Source: a virus
IMG/VR virus record: IMGVR_UViG_3300002461_000205
Location: 1-43,075 of that record
Length of the DNA stretch: 43,075 nucleotides
Direction: 5' to 3' (one strand)
Under the pieces are notes generated by a model. It had not been told where the DNA came from. It searched no databases and worked only from the letters and a program-made list of their open reading frames with translations. Positions 8,401 through 18,403 of the stretch are shown here, one piece after another (position 1 is the first letter of the stretch; every line of letters begins with the position of its first letter). The position numbers and the translations under genes were made by a program.

Positions 8401-8407
8401 TGGAGGG

Positions 8408-9052
8408 GTGATGCGGCTTGTGGTGGCGATCTGTTCCGCAAGGGACTGGAAACCGCAATTCGGATTATCTCTGGCTGGTCTTATCGCTCATATATGCCGT
8501 CAGGGTATTAAGCGCATTAAGGTCGAGTCATTCGATCTTCGTGTTTACTCGAACGTCTCAAGCATTGCGAACGGGAGGCAGACCGCCCTGAATGAAGCGA
8601 TGCTTCGCGGGTTCACCCACATATTGTTTCTTGACGACGACATGACGTTTCCTGCCGACATGATGAACAGCTTGGTCAAGCATAAGGCTGATCTGGTTGG
8701 CGTGAATTATTCCCATAAGTCGAAGACGACTACCGGGATGCTTCTAGGCAAGGACGGGAAATACGTCAAAGAGCGGTCTGGCTCTGTTGAAGCACTTAGG
8801 TGCGGCTTTGGGGCAATGCTGGTTGATCTAACTGTACCGCGAAGAATCAAGCCTCCTCATTTTGCAATGCCGTGGTCAGAGCATCACCAGAAAGTTCTTG
8901 GTGAAGACTATTTCTTTTGTGACCGGGTAGCGAAAGAGGGCGGCAAGATGATTTGCGATCTGGACGTAAAGATCGGCCACGTTGGGGATTATGAATATAT
9001 GCTTGACGATCCGAACTTTATGAAAGCGACCGATGCCCAACACAGCAAATGA
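8408..9052 (+). CDS. GT-A fold (family-2-like) glycosyltransferase.
   Basis: 214 aa with a DxD motif in 'HILFLDDDMTF' and 'LGEDYFFCDR', typical of GT2-type enzymes. GGAGGGG RBS, with start at GTG 8408 or ATG 8411. Confidence 0.65.
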   Translation: MMRLVVAICSARDWKPQFGLSLAGLIAHICRQGIKRIKVESFDLRVYSNVSSIANGRQTALNEAMLRGFTHILFLDDDMTFPADMMNSLVKHKADLVGVNYSHKSKTTTGMLLGKDGKYVKERSGSVEALRCGFGAMLVDLTVPRRIKPPHFAMPWSEHHQKVLGEDYFFCDRVAKEGGKMICDLDVKIGHVGDYEYMLDDPNFMKATDAQHSK

Positions 9053-9386
9053 TCTTGCCCGAGCGGTTGGTATCAAAATTGGTATCATCGACGCCGTTAG
9101 CGAACTTAGCGCGGACGAGCTTAACGACCTCAAGAACTATTCCCGGTCCAAGCACGCGGAATTGCGCGTCAGCCACGTTTGTTTCTGGGATGAAGACGAC
9201 ATTCCTGACGAGGTTTATGAACCGCTGAAGTCTTATTTCGCCGCCTGTTTTGGTGAGGATTTCGGAAAGACGATACGAGACGAGCCGCTTTCGGTCGCGC
9301 AAACGCAAGAGGCGAGGTTGGCCAAACTTATTCGGGCCTCTGTACCAAGATACACCGGATCGGTTGCTACGACGGAATATATCTAA
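9033..9386 (+). CDS. P22 gp4-like head-completion/tail accessory protein.
   Basis: 117 aa. The N-terminus 'ANDLARAVGIKIGIIDAVSELSADELNDL' resembles the P22 gp4 N-terminus (from memory). It lies directly upstream of the gp10-like gene. Confidence 0.45.
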   Translation: MPNTANDLARAVGIKIGIIDAVSELSADELNDLKNYSRSKHAELRVSHVCFWDEDDIPDEVYEPLKSYFAACFGEDFGKTIRDEPLSVAQTQEARLAKLIRASVPRYTGSVATTEYI

Positions 9387-10799
9387 GTGGTCGCAATTCC
9401 TCTCGCGTCCAAGTCCGACCCGGCCAAGAGAGAAGTTGTTACCTCCGAAAGACTTGTCAATCTATACGCGATTAAAGCACCGGAAACTGCAAGAGCATCG
9501 TTCTATCTAAACCGCACCCCTGGGATGACGACTGCGGTTAGTTACTCATCGGATTTAAGTCGCGGGCTGTTTAATGCAGACACGGAAGCGCTGGATATTC
9601 GAGGGAGCGTTCTATTTTCGATCAATTCAAATCTTGGCCCGACTTCAATCTCCGGGACTATTGCAGGGACAAGAGATTGCCGGTTCTCGCAGAACAACGC
9701 TGCTAATCGTGAAACCGTAATTGCTACTGGCTCGACTGCATACCAGTTCACGAACAGCGCACTCTCGGTAATTGGTGGCGATCTAGCCTCGCTCGATATT
9801 GTCGATACGATCTGCATCAACGGTATTTCGATTTGCTTTGAAGAAGACGGAAACTCGCTTTATTCCCCCGTCAACGACGCCAATAGCTATAGTTCTCTGA
9901 ACTTCTTTACCGTTCCCGGAACCGGGGCCTTTAAGGCCGCGCAGGTTTTAGGAAACCAATTCATCTGCTGGCGCGAAAGCGGGATGACGGTCTTCCGTCA
10001 CGTAGCCGACGACGCAGACGAGCCGTTTCAATTAGTCCAAGGTGCAGATAAGCCATTTGGGTGCCTTAACACCTTTGCAAATGCAAACGGTGATGGACAG
10101 ATATATTTTGTCGATCAATTTGGAATGCCTCGCGTTATTTCGCAGGGCTACAATCCGGTGGCAATTGGCAATGAGGGCGTGTGCGGAGATATCCGCGATC
10201 TGGTCGATAAGGAAGACTTGCGCCTCTGGTACTACAACGCCGGGGAACGCGGGTTTCTTGTCGTTTACTCAAGTGAGTTTACTTGGGTCTTCGATATTAA
10301 AGAACAGCGCTGGCACAATCGTCAGAGCTACCAGCGAGTAACCTGGCAAGCCAAGCACTACATGAGATTTGCCAATAAAGATTTGGTTGCCCCGGATCAA
10401 TCGGGTGATTTGTTCTATTTGGATGACACCTCATTCTCCGAGGGCGGAGAACATCTTATCTGGGAATTTACAATTCCTCCGGTGACGAACTTCCCAAACG
10501 GCGGAGATATTCACTCGCTGAACTTCGATATTGAAGTAGGCACTGCTTTAGGCCCTGACGCAGCGGACGAGGATCAGGAACCCCGGTTCACGGTGTTCAT
10601 CTCGCGCGACGCGGGGAAGACTTACGGCATCGGTCGGCAGATTTCACTTGGTACGCGCGGGCAGTGGCGCAAACGACTTTCGTTAAATCGCTGCGGAGAC
10701 TTTGGCCGTGAGGGCTTCATTATCCGCGCTTCAGGGGCGGGCAAAACACCCAACGCAATTATGAATCTGGAAGGCGACATTAAGCCGAAGGCGGCGTGA
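9387..10799 (+). CDS. P22 gp10-like packaged-DNA stabilisation/tail hub protein.
   Basis: 470 aa (P22 gp10 is about 472 aa). The C-terminal pattern 'FISRDAGKTYG...GQWRKRLSLNRCGDFGREGFIIR' parallels the gp10 C-terminus from memory. GTG start. Confidence 0.55.
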   Translation: MVAIPLASKSDPAKREVVTSERLVNLYAIKAPETARASFYLNRTPGMTTAVSYSSDLSRGLFNADTEALDIRGSVLFSINSNLGPTSISGTIAGTRDCRFSQNNAANRETVIATGSTAYQFTNSALSVIGGDLASLDIVDTICINGISICFEEDGNSLYSPVNDANSYSSLNFFTVPGTGAFKAAQVLGNQFICWRESGMTVFRHVADDADEPFQLVQGADKPFGCLNTFANANGDGQIYFVDQFGMPRVISQGYNPVAIGNEGVCGDIRDLVDKEDLRLWYYNAGERGFLVVYSSEFTWVFDIKEQRWHNRQSYQRVTWQAKHYMRFANKDLVAPDQSGDLFYLDDTSFSEGGEHLIWEFTIPPVTNFPNGGDIHSLNFDIEVGTALGPDAADEDQEPRFTVFISRDAGKTYGIGRQISLGTRGQWRKRLSLNRCGDFGREGFIIRASGAGKTPNAIMNLEGDIKPKAA

Positions 10800-11251
10800 T
10801 GGCGCTAAAGAAATTGAAAATCCCCGACTCTGGAAGCTTAATTCCCGAGGCTCAGGCAACCCCGGAAATGATGGGGCTGCTGAATGATATTGGCGACTTT
10901 CAATCCAAAACAAAGGCGCTGTTAGAAGGAACGATAGTAGATTCCCGCGATTGGGAAATGCGCTTTGTCGAAGACGGCACATACTCTCTAGCGTTGAAAA
11001 CACCCTTCGGTATGACGATTTCCGAAGTCACGACGGATTGTGATTCAGGAACGTGTACCGCGAAACTTCAGATCAACGGCGTTGACTTAGGCGGTTCAGC
11101 TAACAGCGTTTCATCTACGGAAACGTCTCAGGCCCACACAACGGCGAATGTTGCAGCAGTTGGCACGAACGTAAATCTGATTATCTCGTCTAATTCAGCT
11201 TGCGAGAATATGCGGCTGTCATTTAAGTTTGCCAGGCCCCTTATTGTATGA
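10796..11251 (+). CDS. Hypothetical tail/virion protein.
   Basis: 151-aa ORF whose ATG overlaps the preceding stop (ATGA-type coupling), within the structural module. Confidence 0.55.
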   Translation: MMALKKLKIPDSGSLIPEAQATPEMMGLLNDIGDFQSKTKALLEGTIVDSRDWEMRFVEDGTYSLALKTPFGMTISEVTTDCDSGTCTAKLQINGVDLGGSANSVSSTETSQAHTTANVAAVGTNVNLIISSNSACENMRLSFKFARPLIV

Positions 11252-11895
11252 GCCGGGTAATTCTGGTTGAAAGTGGCGGTGTAAAGATTGATCCCCTCGG
11301 AGGGTATTTCTTTTACGACGGCTTTCCGCATACCTCGCACACGTTTACGGGCGTTGATTTAGGCCCGGCGTCGTCCTCTGGACTTCTAGTTCTGGGGGCG
11401 GGAGCAATCGGTGCGCTGAGTGCCGTTAGCTCAATCACTGTAAACGGTAACGCGGCCTCTCTGGTAATTAGCCAAGGCAGCGGGCGCAATGCTTCGTTCT
11501 ACCAAATTACCGGGGAAAGCGGAGTTGGCACTGTAGTCGTCAATTCAGCGAACGCAGCCGGGCAATTCTTTCTGGGCATCTGGAAACTTCGCGGGGTTCA
11601 AAACTTCACGGCAGCCGATACCGCAGGCTTTTCTGGCGGCGGCGCGGTTGGAACCCTCTCCGCGAATATCGACGTACCGAAACTCGGAGCCTGTCTTGGT
11701 TTCGTGGCCGCAGAAGGCGCTAGTTCGGGAACCGCTTGGACTAATCTAACGGAAGACTTTGAGGTCACGGACGGGAACACGGGCCGCGGCTCTGGCGCAA
11801 GCCTGAAATTCAATACAGCGCAAACAAATCTAGCAATCTCGGCAGTCCAAACGATTGCCGGGCAGGGACGCTTAGTCCTCGCAAGCTGGCGCTGA
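11248..11895 (+). CDS. Hypothetical tail/virion protein.
   Basis: 215-aa G/A/S-rich ORF, coupled to the upstream gene. Confidence 0.55.
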   Translation: MSRVILVESGGVKIDPLGGYFFYDGFPHTSHTFTGVDLGPASSSGLLVLGAGAIGALSAVSSITVNGNAASLVISQGSGRNASFYQITGESGVGTVVVNSANAAGQFFLGIWKLRGVQNFTAADTAGFSGGGAVGTLSANIDVPKLGACLGFVAAEGASSGTAWTNLTEDFEVTDGNTGRGSGASLKFNTAQTNLAISAVQTIAGQGRLVLASWR

Positions 11896-11950
11896 ACTAA
11901 CACAAACAATTTGAACTGAACAAACGCGCCTCGCGCGCGAAGGAATTGCT

Positions 11951-12601
11951 ATGAGCTTCCTCGACAATTTATTCGGCGTAACCAAAGCCAAGAACGCTGC
12001 GTCTAATGCTGCCGCACAAAACCGCGCCGTAGCTGACAATGCTTATGGTCAGGCTGAAAACCTCCAACGTCCATTCTATAATCAGGGCGTACAGGGCAAT
12101 GAGATGCTGGGTAATTTCCTCGGCATCAATGGTCAGGGTAATCAGCAGACCGCGTTTAATAATTACGTTGAAGGCCCGGACGTAGCGTTTCGCCGTCAGC
12201 AGGGCATTAACGCGATTGATAATTCCTCTGCCGCTCGATCCGGCGGTGTTCCTTCTGGGGGCCTGTTAAAGCGCCTCACTGAATTTGGAACTGGCTTGGC
12301 TACACGGGACTACGGAAACTATCTCCAGAGACTCGGTACTGTTGCAAACTCCGGCCAGAGCGCAGCGAACCAACTGACGAACGCTAATTATCAGTCAGCC
12401 GGGATTACCAGCGGAGCGAATACGGCGGAAGGCAATGCGATTGCAAACGCCTCGCTGGCTGGTGGAAATATTCTCGGAAATCTGGTTGGCGGCGCATTTA
12501 ATCTTGCCGGCAATATGGGCTTCAATCCATTCCGCTCAAACACTAGTGGCGGCTCTCAGCAAGGGACACTTAACACCGATCCTTGGCAGGGCTATCGCTA
12601 A
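11951..12601 (+). CDS. Putative ejection/internal virion protein 1.
   Basis: 216 aa, rich in N/Q/G/A ('GNILGNLVGGAFNLAGNMG'). It is the first of three consecutive genes in the position of P22 gp7/gp20/gp16. Confidence 0.45.
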   Translation: MSFLDNLFGVTKAKNAASNAAAQNRAVADNAYGQAENLQRPFYNQGVQGNEMLGNFLGINGQGNQQTAFNNYVEGPDVAFRRQQGINAIDNSSAARSGGVPSGGLLKRLTEFGTGLATRDYGNYLQRLGTVANSGQSAANQLTNANYQSAGITSGANTAEGNAIANASLAGGNILGNLVGGAFNLAGNMGFNPFRSNTSGGSQQGTLNTDPWQGYR

Positions 12602-13650
12602 TGGCGCAGCAAGGCATTCTCTGGAATCTGGTTTCCGGGATTAACCCGCTAGGCGAGTATTCGCGTGGGCTCCAGCAGCATCAACAGCAGCAGAATATCT
12701 TGCAGCAGTTGGCCGGGCAGGATCAGGACCGCGCGTTCCGCCGAGATGAGTCCACTCGGAACCAACAGAACACCGATCGCTCTTTTGGCTTTCAGGAGAC
12801 GGAAGCGCAGCGTAATCAAAGCAACTGGCAGCAGCAGTTTTTGCAAAACCAGAAAAACTCTGGTGCCTCTCAGTCGATTGCAATGGCGCAGCTTAGGCTC
12901 GCTCAAGATCAGTTTAAGCGCGGTGAGGTCCCCGCCGGGTTTGAGAACGACCCCAACACGCCGGGCGGACTTCGCCCGCGCCTCAACGGCCCCGCCGACC
13001 CCAATTATATCCGCGCGGTCAACGAAGAAAAAATCAGGCCGCAGAACCTTAGCGCTGGCGATATCACCAAACTAAGCGATGAGGGCGGCAAATTCCAGAA
13101 CCTCCGTGGGTTCGGCAACACATTTGAAGACCGCTTTGGCGGCCATACTTTCGGAACCGGCAATCTGCAAATGCAGGTTGGGCGCTATCTGCCTGAAAGC
13201 CTGGCGGGCAAAGATAGGGCAGACGCCTCGACTTGGTGGCAAGGTTATGATCGATACAAGAACCAAGTTCGCAACGACTTGTTTGGCTCTGCTCTTACGC
13301 GGCCCGAGCAGGAGGCTTTCGACAAGGCTGACATTGATCCGTCGATGAACCAGCAGCAGATTCGTCGCAACCTGAAAATCCAGACTGACATTATTGCGAG
13401 CGCGGTCCAGCGCAAAGCTGGAGCCTTGGTCGCTGGTGGTTACAATCCGGCACAGATCGCGGCGGCGTATGGTCTGCGGCCAAACGAACTTGGTGTTGAT
13501 CCCAGCCTCGCCCGCAGCCCAGTAGCGCAGAATATGCTTCGCGGGCCTCAGCAGCAAACACAGCAAATCCAAAACGGCACGTTTGCTGTAAACCCACAAA
13601 CGAAGCAGCGAATCCAATTCCTGAACGGTCAGTGGGTGCCCGCACAGTGA
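12601..13650 (+). CDS. Putative ejection/internal virion protein 2.
   Basis: The ATG at 12601 overlaps the upstream TAA (TAATG). The protein is Q/N-rich. The track start at 12583 is an extension. Confidence 0.45.
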   Translation: MAQQGILWNLVSGINPLGEYSRGLQQHQQQQNILQQLAGQDQDRAFRRDESTRNQQNTDRSFGFQETEAQRNQSNWQQQFLQNQKNSGASQSIAMAQLRLAQDQFKRGEVPAGFENDPNTPGGLRPRLNGPADPNYIRAVNEEKIRPQNLSAGDITKLSDEGGKFQNLRGFGNTFEDRFGGHTFGTGNLQMQVGRYLPESLAGKDRADASTWWQGYDRYKNQVRNDLFGSALTRPEQEAFDKADIDPSMNQQQIRRNLKIQTDIIASAVQRKAGALVAGGYNPAQIAAAYGLRPNELGVDPSLARSPVAQNMLRGPQQQTQQIQNGTFAVNPQTKQRIQFLNGQWVPAQ

Positions 13651-15707
13651 ATCTTCCTGAAGGTTTTGTTTTAGAGAACCAGCAGCAAGCGCCACAACAG
13701 GCAGCAAATCTGCCGCAGGGCTTCGTTCTCGAGCAGCAGCCGCAGAACATGAACGAGCTGTGGGGAAATACGCCTCGCGGCCCAGTTCAAGCGCAGAACA
13801 ATCGCAACACGCCGCTTGATGCAGAAGTCACGAACATCCTCGCGCGTGAAGCGCAGAACGCCGATCCGAAGTTAGCGAAGAATGCTCGTGTCGAACAACA
13901 CATTCGCCGCATTGAAGACAATGGCGGGAACGCAGCCGCAGACGTATTCACGCAAGGGCTAACCTATGGCCTCTCGGATGAGTTGGGAGCGGCGCTTCAG
14001 ACGCTTCGTGGTTCTGGTAACTACGCTGAACTACTCGATGCTGAGCGCGAACGACTGTCGCGAGTTAAGAAGGACAGTCCTGTTCTTTCGACAGCTACGG
14101 AGATCGCGGGCGCGATAGCAAATCCACTATCGCGCCTAGGATGGGCTGCTAGTGCCGCAGATCGTGGTCAGCGCTTTGTGCGCGGCGCAATCGAGGGCGG
14201 GGCGCTTGCTGGCCTTTATGGTTTCAACCAAGGAGAGGATGGCTTAGCGAACCGCGCGACTAATGCAGCCACTTCGCTGCTTGTTGCAGCACCGATCGGC
14301 GGCGCGATTAACGCCGCCCTTCCGGCGATTCGTGGTGCGGTCTCGCAAACCGCAGGTTCGCAAGTAGCAGAAGCGGGCGAGCGCCTTGGCGTAGCCCTTC
14401 CTCGCGCAGTTACTAGCGATAGCGCAGCAACTCAGCAAACAGCTAAGATTGCTGCCAATGTGCCGTGGGCCGGGCAGCCGCTTCGTCAGGCTTCAACGCA
14501 AGCAATCGAACAACTGGACGATGCCTCGCGTAACGTGGCGCAGGGATATGGAAATCCTGCAGCTAATGCAGCGACGGCCGGTCAAACACTTCGCAGCGGT
14601 ATTGAACAGTATATCGGGCCAACGACTAAGGGCCGCGTATCGAAACTTTACGATGAAGTAGATAATCTGGTTGATCCGACGCTCACCGGGCCGATGACCA
14701 ATACGCAGCAGGCGCTCTCAGCGATAAACGCGCGCCGTCAGTTATCCGCGCGCGGCGAAAGCCCGGCTGGGGAACTACTAGGTCCCGCATTATCGCGCCA
14801 TGGAATTACTTACGAGGGCCTTAAAGACCTTCGCACCGTGTTTGGGGAAAAGCTAAACCCGACATTGATTGCCAAGAACCTGGAGGAAGGCGAGCGCAAA
14901 GCACTGTATCGCGCTCTAACGCTCGATCTTCGTCACACGACGCTGCTTGCTGGTGGACAAGAGGCACTCAAGAAGTGGGAGCGCGCGAACACCTATAACA
15001 GCTTGGTTATGGATCGCCGCGAAAATCTAAACAGACTTCTCAAGGTGAATAGCGATGAACAATTATTTGATCGCGTGCTTGGTGCCGCACAGAATAAGGG
15101 TAGGGCAGACGTTCAATTACTGTCTCAGGCACGCAAAGCCTTGCCGGCCGATGAATGGAATGAAGTCGCGGCCGGTGTAATCAACCGCATGGGCCGAGAT
15201 GCTGAGGGAAATCTAACGCCGGATCGTTTTGTTACCGCGTATGGCCAACTAAGCCCTGCTGGTAAATCGCTTCTGTTCCGCTCAACTGGGCAGAGCAATC
15301 TTGCTGGTGCGCTTGACGACATTGCTCTCGTTTCTTCGCGCTTCAAACAGATGAACCAGTACGCGAACCCGTCTGGCACAGCGCAGTCGGTTATTGGTGG
15401 TGCTACGGGCTTTGGCGCGATTGCCGATCCCGTGACAACGCTTACGTCAATGATGACGGCTCGCGTAATGTCGGGTCTTTTGGCTAAACCACAATCAGCA
15501 CAATCAATCGCGAAGTGGTCGAACGCTTATTACAATGCTGTAGCAAAACCAACGCGCGCAACGCTTCAGGCATTGCAGAACGCAAATCGCAGTTTCGCAG
15601 ATGATATTGGAAGGCAGTTAGGTGTTCCGCAGCACGCGGAAGCGCTGTTTAGGCAACTGAACGCCGTAGTGAACGCAACCGCCGACGGCCAACCACAAGA
15701 ACGATAG
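13647..15707 (+). CDS. Putative ejection/internal virion protein 3 (large).
   Basis: The GTG at 13647 overlaps the upstream TGA (GTGA). 686 aa with the N-terminal repeat 'NLPEGFVLE...NLPQGFVLE'. It is the last gene before the fibre module. Confidence 0.45.
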   Translation: MNLPEGFVLENQQQAPQQAANLPQGFVLEQQPQNMNELWGNTPRGPVQAQNNRNTPLDAEVTNILAREAQNADPKLAKNARVEQHIRRIEDNGGNAAADVFTQGLTYGLSDELGAALQTLRGSGNYAELLDAERERLSRVKKDSPVLSTATEIAGAIANPLSRLGWAASAADRGQRFVRGAIEGGALAGLYGFNQGEDGLANRATNAATSLLVAAPIGGAINAALPAIRGAVSQTAGSQVAEAGERLGVALPRAVTSDSAATQQTAKIAANVPWAGQPLRQASTQAIEQLDDASRNVAQGYGNPAANAATAGQTLRSGIEQYIGPTTKGRVSKLYDEVDNLVDPTLTGPMTNTQQALSAINARRQLSARGESPAGELLGPALSRHGITYEGLKDLRTVFGEKLNPTLIAKNLEEGERKALYRALTLDLRHTTLLAGGQEALKKWERANTYNSLVMDRRENLNRLLKVNSDEQLFDRVLGAAQNKGRADVQLLSQARKALPADEWNEVAAGVINRMGRDAEGNLTPDRFVTAYGQLSPAGKSLLFRSTGQSNLAGALDDIALVSSRFKQMNQYANPSGTAQSVIGGATGFGAIADPVTTLTSMMTARVMSGLLAKPQSAQSIAKWSNAYYNAVAKPTRATLQALQNANRSFADDIGRQLGVPQHAEALFRQLNAVVNATADGQPQER

Positions 15708-15753
15708 CGGCCACGAGGCCAGCAGCCAAACACCAATAAAATAAATGAACAGG

Positions 15754-15783
15754 GCGGTCCTAACGGGCCGCTTTTCGCTTTTC
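15754..15783 (+). terminator. Rho-independent terminator.
   Basis: Stem GCGGTCC / GGGCCGC (one G-U pair), loop taac, then 'ttttcgctttt'. Confidence 0.7.
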
Positions 15784-15805
15784 AGCATCCCCAAGGATAG
15801 CAGAT

Positions 15806-16765
15806 TTGACCGCACAACTCCAATCCCCGTGGCTGACCTTCTACGACAGCAATGGGAATCCCTTAGTAGGGGCGAAAATCCGCATTTATGAGCCGGGGAC
15901 ATTAACGCCTCTCGACGCCTTCGATGATGAGGGCGCGGCTCCGGGCGATGTGGTTTCTCAGCCCTTCGTAACTAATGCGGCGGGAAGAATCCCGCGTTAC
16001 TTCGTGACCGAAAAATACCGCATGACCGTTCATACGTCAGCGGATGTTTTGGTTGATGACGTTGACGATCAAGACCCCGGCTTGCCATCGGGATTTGGTG
16101 TTTCGGCGACCGTGCAGATTGCACAGGGCGGGACCAGTTCTACGAATGCTCCTGCTGCACGAGCGGCACTTGGGGCGGCATCTCAAACAGCTCTTACCGC
16201 ATTACAGAACGACGTAACGGCACTTCAAACGGCAATCGCGCCAGGCCTTAACGGCGACGATGAATTAGGAACGATCGCGGCACTGGATGAAATCGCGCCT
16301 GCGGTGATGACGGATCAGGTCATCAAACTTCAGCGCGTTCTAAACACCACAATTCTAGACTCTACAATCACGAATACTGTTCCGCTTGATACTTCAATTC
16401 CTGGTATTGGCGAGGGCGACGGAGTTTTTTCAACTTCGTTCACGCCAAGAAGCGCAACGTCTCACGTCACTGTTCGCGTTTCGATGTTCGCGCAATCCAG
16501 CACGACCACGAATAGCTGGTCAGGCCATATTTTCAACGGCAACACTTGTATTGCCTCCCGCCTCATTACCTTCCCAAGCACTGGCACGAGTTACGGTGAA
16601 TTGGATATCGAGGTCACGTTCTCTCCCGGCTCCACTTCCACAATCACCATCTCGGTTCGCTCCGGTGTTTCGTCCGGCACGGCAACGCTTGGCGGCGTGG
16701 GTATCACGTTCGACGGAACGCTCAACTCCTTCATGGAAATTACCGAGTGGGAGGATGAGAACTGA
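15806..16765 (+). CDS. Tail fibre/tailspike protein with an N-terminal virion-attachment-type domain.
   Basis: TTG start with an AAGGA RBS. The N-terminus 'WLTFYDSNGNPLVGAKIRIYEPGTLTPLDAFDD' is the common phage fibre N-terminal motif. Confidence 0.7.
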   Translation: MTAQLQSPWLTFYDSNGNPLVGAKIRIYEPGTLTPLDAFDDEGAAPGDVVSQPFVTNAAGRIPRYFVTEKYRMTVHTSADVLVDDVDDQDPGLPSGFGVSATVQIAQGGTSSTNAPAARAALGAASQTALTALQNDVTALQTAIAPGLNGDDELGTIAALDEIAPAVMTDQVIKLQRVLNTTILDSTITNTVPLDTSIPGIGEGDGVFSTSFTPRSATSHVTVRVSMFAQSSTTTNSWSGHIFNGNTCIASRLITFPSTGTSYGELDIEVTFSPGSTSTITISVRSGVSSGTATLGGVGITFDGTLNSFMEITEWEDEN

Positions 16766-17100
16766 TGCCCATTCAAGAGGGTGGACTTTACGAAGTCGAG
16801 CTTACTTTCACCGATCGCGAAGACGATGACGCAACGATTGATTTGTCTTCCTCAGATTTGGCGATGGAGTGGTACGGGCCAAGCTGTTCGTCACCAATTA
16901 CGCTGACTGAAGGTAGCGGCATCGACGTTACCGATGCGGCTGATGGCGTTCTGATTATTTCTCTGTCTCCAGAGCAAACCTGCCAACTCGGTCAGGGCGA
17001 AGCCCGCTGCATTCTCTACCAAGATTACAACGATCCCGCGCGCAAGGCGTGGCTGCTCGAAGGCTCTGAGTCTGTCGAGGCGAAGAGGTTTGACGCATGA
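16765..17100 (+). CDS. Hypothetical small fibre-module protein.
   Basis: 111-aa ORF coupled at both ends (ATGA-type overlaps). The composition suggests a beta-rich fold. Confidence 0.5.
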   Translation: MPIQEGGLYEVELTFTDREDDDATIDLSSSDLAMEWYGPSCSSPITLTEGSGIDVTDAADGVLIISLSPEQTCQLGQGEARCILYQDYNDPARKAWLLEGSESVEAKRFDA

Positions 17101-18293
17101 TCTACACGACTAGGCCAACGCTTCGCGTTCGCGTTTCTCGCGGCATTCAGGGCGAGACGGGCGATGCGGCAACGATTGCTGTTGGCACCGTAACCACGCT
17201 TGCTCCGGGGGTGCCAGCTACTGTCGTTAACGCGGGCACACCCGGCGCGGCGGTTTTCAACTTCGGCATTCCTGAGGGTGAGCAGGGCGAGCAGGGCATC
17301 CAAGGTATTCAGGGCATCCAAGGCGTTCAGGGGCCGCAAGGCGACCCCGGCACGATGGGCGGCAGCCTTGGCGCGACTGACAATGTTGTCCCGCGAGCGA
17401 ATGGTACTGGCACCACTACGCTTCAGGCTGGCACGTTTACGAACGAAGACAACGGCGACGTTCATCCGAACGCGAACGATACCGGGGCTCTCGGAACGGC
17501 AACGCATAGTTGGTCAGATGCATTTCTGGCATCGGGCGGCGTAATCAATTTCAACAACGGCAACATCACTCTTACTCATGCTGCTGGCAACCTCACGCTT
17601 GCAGGCGGCACACTTACGTTACCGAACTCGGGCTTGCGGCTATTCGACACGAACGCCTCGCACGGCCTCATCATCGCGCCCGGCTCGAACATTACTGCGG
17701 ATCGCACTCTTACGATCACGACTGGAGACTCTAACCGAACAATTACGCTTGGCGCTGACGTAACGTTGACTGGCTCTCCGATTGAGCAGGGTAAACATAC
17801 GATTTGGATTCCTGCTGGCGCAATGATATCGCGCACAACTAACGGAGCTGCTGCGGGCACCGTCGAAATGTCCTCGAACAAGAATATGTTCAAGACGTTG
17901 GACTTCGACACTACGACGCAAGAGTTCGCGCAGTTCGACATTGCGATGCCGAAAAGCTGGAACCTTGGCACGGTCACCTTCCAGCCTGTTCTTTCGCACG
18001 CTTCTGGCTCCGGCAACGTGGTCTTTGGCTTGGCTGGTGTTGCTCGATCAGACGATGATGCTGGCGATGTTGCTTTCGGCACTCCGCAAACATCTGACAA
18101 AACCATTGGTACTGCGAACGATATTTATATCGGGCCGGAGTCTTCCGCGATTACGATCGCGGGCACCCCTGCCGCTGGCGACATCGTGCAGTTCCAAGTC
18201 AACCGAACTGTTGCATCGGATAATCTCGGCGTCGATGCGCGGCTGCACGGCATTAAACTTTACATCACGCTGAACGCAGCGACGGACGCTTGA
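17097..18293 (+). CDS. Collagen-like-repeat tail fibre protein.
   Basis: G-X-Y run 'GEQGEQGIQGIQGIQGVQGPQGDPG', followed by a T/G/N-rich beta-type domain. Confidence 0.75.
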   Translation: MIYTTRPTLRVRVSRGIQGETGDAATIAVGTVTTLAPGVPATVVNAGTPGAAVFNFGIPEGEQGEQGIQGIQGIQGVQGPQGDPGTMGGSLGATDNVVPRANGTGTTTLQAGTFTNEDNGDVHPNANDTGALGTATHSWSDAFLASGGVINFNNGNITLTHAAGNLTLAGGTLTLPNSGLRLFDTNASHGLIIAPGSNITADRTLTITTGDSNRTITLGADVTLTGSPIEQGKHTIWIPAGAMISRTTNGAAAGTVEMSSNKNMFKTLDFDTTTQEFAQFDIAMPKSWNLGTVTFQPVLSHASGSGNVVFGLAGVARSDDDAGDVAFGTPQTSDKTIGTANDIYIGPESSAITIAGTPAAGDIVQFQVNRTVASDNLGVDARLHGIKLYITLNAATDA

Positions 18294-18403
18294 TGAGACT
18301 TAAAACTCATCTGCTAAGCACTACTGCCAGCCCCGCATATTTGGCGTTAGTTGCTTACACCGCTTGGCTAAATAGTTTTCCAAACTACGGGGGCGGCGGC
18401 TAA
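18293..18403 (+). CDS. Possible 36-aa ORF between the two fibre genes.
   Basis: The ATG overlaps the upstream TGA (TGATG) and its TAA overlaps the next ATG (TAATG). Sequence: MRLKTHLLSTTASPAYLALVAYTAWLNSFPNYGGGG. It is below the ORF-track size cutoff. Confidence 0.3.
   Translation: MRLKTHLLSTTASPAYLALVAYTAWLNSFPNYGGGG

Noticed and set aside
13072-13750. Minus-strand ORFs of 211 and 119 aa.
   Set aside because: They are antisense to the Q/N-rich ejection-protein genes, have no RBS and have low-complexity, shadow-frame composition.
17025-18106. Minus-strand ORFs (160, 176 and 119 aa) and alternative plus-frame ORFs inside the collagen-like fibre gene.
   Set aside because: They overlap a CDS that has clear G-X-Y repeats and coupled start and stop. 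Their R/S/A-rich sequences are typical of off-frame translation.
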